From a virus (Duplodnaviria; Heunggongvirae; Uroviricota; Caudoviricetes): a stretch of DNA of 64,000 nucleotides. Below, piece by piece: positions 61,253-64,000 of this stretch (its first letter is position 1; each line of letters begins with the position of its first letter). The notes below the pieces were generated by a model, which saw only the letters and a program-made list of their open reading frames with translations, did not search any database and was not told the DNA's origin. A program made the position numbers and the translations under genes. The stretch spans positions 1-64,000 of IMG/VR virus record IMGVR_UViG_3300021255_000128. One strand, 5' to 3'.

Positions 61253-62297
61253 ATTTTCAGATTTTGAGATTATTCCAGTAACGAGATCGATAAAACGACT
61301 GGATATTAGCGATGAAGAATATTTCAGTTCTAAGTATCGTGATTATATTAGTAATAGCCGTTTAAAATACATAAATCCAACTGAAAACGGTACACCTGGA
61401 CTTTATAAAGCTCCTCCTAGATTTACAACTCAGAGTTTAAAAATAGGAAGTGCTCTTCATGAAATGTTATTACAACCCGATTCATTTACATTGCTTCCAA
61501 AGATGGGTAGACCTACAGCAAAGTTAGGAGATGTAGTAGAAATGGTCTACAATCTTGAAAAAGATGGAATGGATAGGATTGAAGCTATTAGAAAAGCCTG
61601 TAATGATGTTGGATATTATGTGAATCAGATAGATAAGAAAATTCCTATGATTATTGAAAAAGGAATTCCGTTTTGGGAAGCACTTGATGCACCAAGATGG
61701 AAAGATGCAAGTAAGGAAGAAATTTTATTATCTGATTCCGATTATGATGTTGTATCAGGATGTTTAGAATCTTGTTACAACAACGATCAAATTATGAATA
61801 AACTTCATCCAACCAATAAATCCGGAAAGCCAATTGAATCATATAACGAAATTGCATTTTTTATTGATTTTCTTGTAATATATAAAGGAAAAGAATCTAA
61901 AAAGCTAAAATTTAAAATGAAAGCTGATAATTACACCGTTGATACAGACAGTAAAAGAATCACACTCAATGATGTAAAAACTACAGGTAAAGCAGCTAGA
62001 TGGTTTATGAATGAAGAATTCGGATCACTCGTACATTATCACTATTATCGTCAACTAGCTCTTTATTTATGGGTCTTAGAATTATATTGTTTGAATCAAT
62101 ATGGTGCAAGTAAAAATGCAGGTTGGACATCCGAATGTAATTTCCTTGTTGTTCAAACATTTCCCGATTATGAAAGTCAATGTTATAAATTAAATAGTTA
62201 TTGGCTTAAGAAAGGGAAACTTGAAGCGGAAGAGTTACTAAAACGTATTGCCGCTTATAAAATGTTTGGTTGGAATTCCAAAATAGAATTTGAATAA
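61242..62297 (+). CDS. putative PD-(D/E)XK exonuclease (YqaJ/lambda-exo/RecB-like)
   Basis: D...E.K-like pattern (FIDFLVIY..K ... LNDVKTTGK). Adjacent to the AAA_24 ATPase, as in phage recombination modules. Confidence 0.45.
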   Translation: MRVKFSDFEIIPVTRSIKRLDISDEEYFSSKYRDYISNSRLKYINPTENGTPGLYKAPPRFTTQSLKIGSALHEMLLQPDSFTLLPKMGRPTAKLGDVVEMVYNLEKDGMDRIEAIRKACNDVGYYVNQIDKKIPMIIEKGIPFWEALDAPRWKDASKEEILLSDSDYDVVSGCLESCYNNDQIMNKLHPTNKSGKPIESYNEIAFFIDFLVIYKGKESKKLKFKMKADNYTVDTDSKRITLNDVKTTGKAARWFMNEEFGSLVHYHYYRQLALYLWVLELYCLNQYGASKNAGWTSECNFLVVQTFPDYESQCYKLNSYWLKKGKLEAEELLKRIAAYKMFGWNSKIEFE

Positions 62298-62448
62298 AAA
62301 TTCAAAATATTTTTGGAAAATTCAAAAATTTGTTGTATCTTTGTATTACTGATTTCGAGAGATACATAGTTATAAAGAAATCAGAATCTCTTTACAAGGG
62401 ATAGAGATGGTAAAGAACCCTTATGGATTAATATGTTAAAAATTTTAA

Positions 62449-62979
62449 TTGATTATGAAGCGTTTTGAAATTAATGCTTTCTCTATTGAGGAAGCCAAGG
62501 CTAAGGCCGCTGAAATGGGTTTAACTGTTGTACGTAATGTTACTATGAGCTGGAAGAATGCAGGTTCTCCTGTTACCGATAAGTCTTTCAAGGAATTTGC
62601 AGTAGATTCTCTCCAGAGAAATCATCTTGCTAACGCAGAAGGTGTTGGTCTGATGGTTGTTGTTAGTGGTGGTTCCGCTGACACCCGTGAGCGTCCTTAC
62701 AAGTATGTCAACAATGTAGTTGAGGGTAAGAAGAATATCGAGCGTGTTTATGAGGTTCGTAGAAAGGATACAGGTGCTGTTCTTGCTACAGCTACCATGA
62801 AGGCTGATGCTGAGAAGAAAGCTAAGGCTCTTATGGCTGATGTAAAGACTGATCTTGAGTGCGTGATCGTTTATCATGTCACTGAGGGTAAGGATCTTGC
62901 TTTCACGCTGAATTATACTCCTTCTACTTCTACCAAGGAAGGTACGTATATCGTATTTGGTAATGAGCGTCAGTTCTAG
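62449..62979 (+). CDS. hypothetical protein (higher GC, likely highly expressed)
   Basis: 176-aa ORF. Terminator follows. Confidence 0.55.
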   Translation: MIMKRFEINAFSIEEAKAKAAEMGLTVVRNVTMSWKNAGSPVTDKSFKEFAVDSLQRNHLANAEGVGLMVVVSGGSADTRERPYKYVNNVVEGKKNIERVYEVRRKDTGAVLATATMKADAEKKAKALMADVKTDLECVIVYHVTEGKDLAFTLNYTPSTSTKEGTYIVFGNERQF

Positions 62980-63007
62980 TTTTAGTTAACGGCTAAGTAA
63001 GAAATAT

Positions 63008-63047
63008 AGGCCGGGTATCTTTGTGGTACTCGGCCTTATTTTTTTAT
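63008..63047 (+). terminator. rho-independent terminator
   Basis: GGCCGGGTATC...GTACTCGGCC hairpin followed by T8. Confidence 0.65.
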
Positions 63048-63059
63048 ATAAAGAAGAAT

Positions 63060-63584
63060 ATGGATTTTAGGCTTAAATTAAAAGACCGCTGGTGCGAATG
63101 ATATAAATGTTGAGTTACATTCAACTACCTGCGTGATACAGATCCTTTATTCAAGATAAGAGATAATTCCGTAGATGAATTCGGAAAACAAGATAGAGAT
63201 TTTTGTGTTTATTTTGTTTTTGATGGTGCTGGTAGAATTATTTATATTGGTAAGGGACGATATTGGCATTATGAAAAGTATGGATTTGATTTGTTTTGAG
63301 AATCTAGGCCATTTACACATGATGATTTTTTAGCGGATCAAATAACAAGTGATTGTAAGATTGGTATAATTCATTACGGTCTTACGGATTTAGAAGCAAA
63401 ACTACTTGAAGCATATTATATATTTGATGCTCTAATGCATGGGCGAACACTTACAAAAACAAAAGCACAAACATGAAACGGCTATTCACTCATAAATAAG
63501 AAGCGAGAAATGGTTTCAAATTTTTATGATGTGGCTAGCACATATTTAATTAATCGCTTATGGAGATCGATAGAGATCTATTAA
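63060..63584 (+). CDS. GIY-YIG homing endonuclease with 5 in-frame TGA codons
   Basis: CVYFVFDGAGRIIYIGKG (GIY ... YIG spacing). The frame is continuous only when TGA is sense. Confidence 0.6.
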
Positions 63585-64000
63585 TGAAGGGAAAGCCAAC
63601 GATTATTAAAGGTAAAGAATATTTACCAACATCGGATTATGTAAGTCCGTTCTTTGACGAAATGTCAAAATTTACTGATAAATTTATTATAAAGGTACAA
63701 ACTCCAAATCAAGTTACTGTAACGGATGGTGACGAAGATATGACCTATAATAGAGTTTGAATTCAGGCCGTAATGCCCGATAAATATTGCATTGACAATC
63801 ATGATGAAGTTTATAGCCTTTTATATGGATTGGATGTTAGAACACCCGTATATAAACTTTATCGTGGTACACTTAATAGAGCTTGTACAAACTTATGTGT
63901 TTTCTCTCCAGATTGGTTAGATGTACAACCAATTGAAGAAGGAAATACTTTTAAATATTCTATTAAGAATATGATGCAAAAGACGAGTGATATACAAGTT
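63560..64000 (+). CDS. hypothetical protein, partial (runs off the window end), contains an in-frame TGA
   Basis: The frame continues past TGA at 63758. Confidence 0.35.

Noticed and set aside
1-64000. CRISPR arrays, rRNA genes, integrase or transposase
   Set aside because: No regularly spaced direct repeats with unique spacers, no rRNA-like segments, and no recombinase motifs were seen in any frame. The tandem repeats at 2429-2521 are iterons, not CRISPR.

Overview
This is an AT-rich (~30% GC) segment of a virulent-looking dsDNA phage genome. A Bacteroidota-type host (crAss-like or similar gut phage) is only a guess from codon style and gene content and cannot be confirmed without a search. 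Almost all genes are on the + strand. The window holds a replication and recombination module: family-B DNA polymerase, SF2 helicase, DnaB-like helicase, DnaG-like primase, RNase H, an AAA_24 ATPase and a PD-(D/E)XK exonuclease. It also holds a nucleotide-metabolism set (NUDIX, IMPDH/GMP-reductase-like, MazG-like/HAD nucleotidase, three metallophosphoesterases), a GroEL homologue, an SPFH lipoprotein and a four-gene amidoligase/glutamine-amidotransferase cassette. There are at least 16 canonical tRNA genes, many homing-endonuclease genes (5 HNH, LAGLIDADG, GIY-YIG, one PD-(D/E)XK-like) and several group-I-intron-like RNA cores. The main hunt result is selective opal (TGA) recoding. A phage tRNA with anticodon UCA sits at 41581-41657. 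The polymerase, both helicases, primase, RNase H and every homing endonuclease carry many in-frame TGA codons at positions where tryptophan fits, whereas most other genes use TGG only; several of those end in TGA, two of them in ATGA stop/start overlaps. Other leads are two tRNA 3'-half/5'-half pairs in permuted order, tRNA-like genes with large central insertions, a frameshifted helicase and an iteron array next to the only minus-strand gene. All coordinates are hand-derived and may be off by a few bases. No CRISPR array or rRNA was seen.
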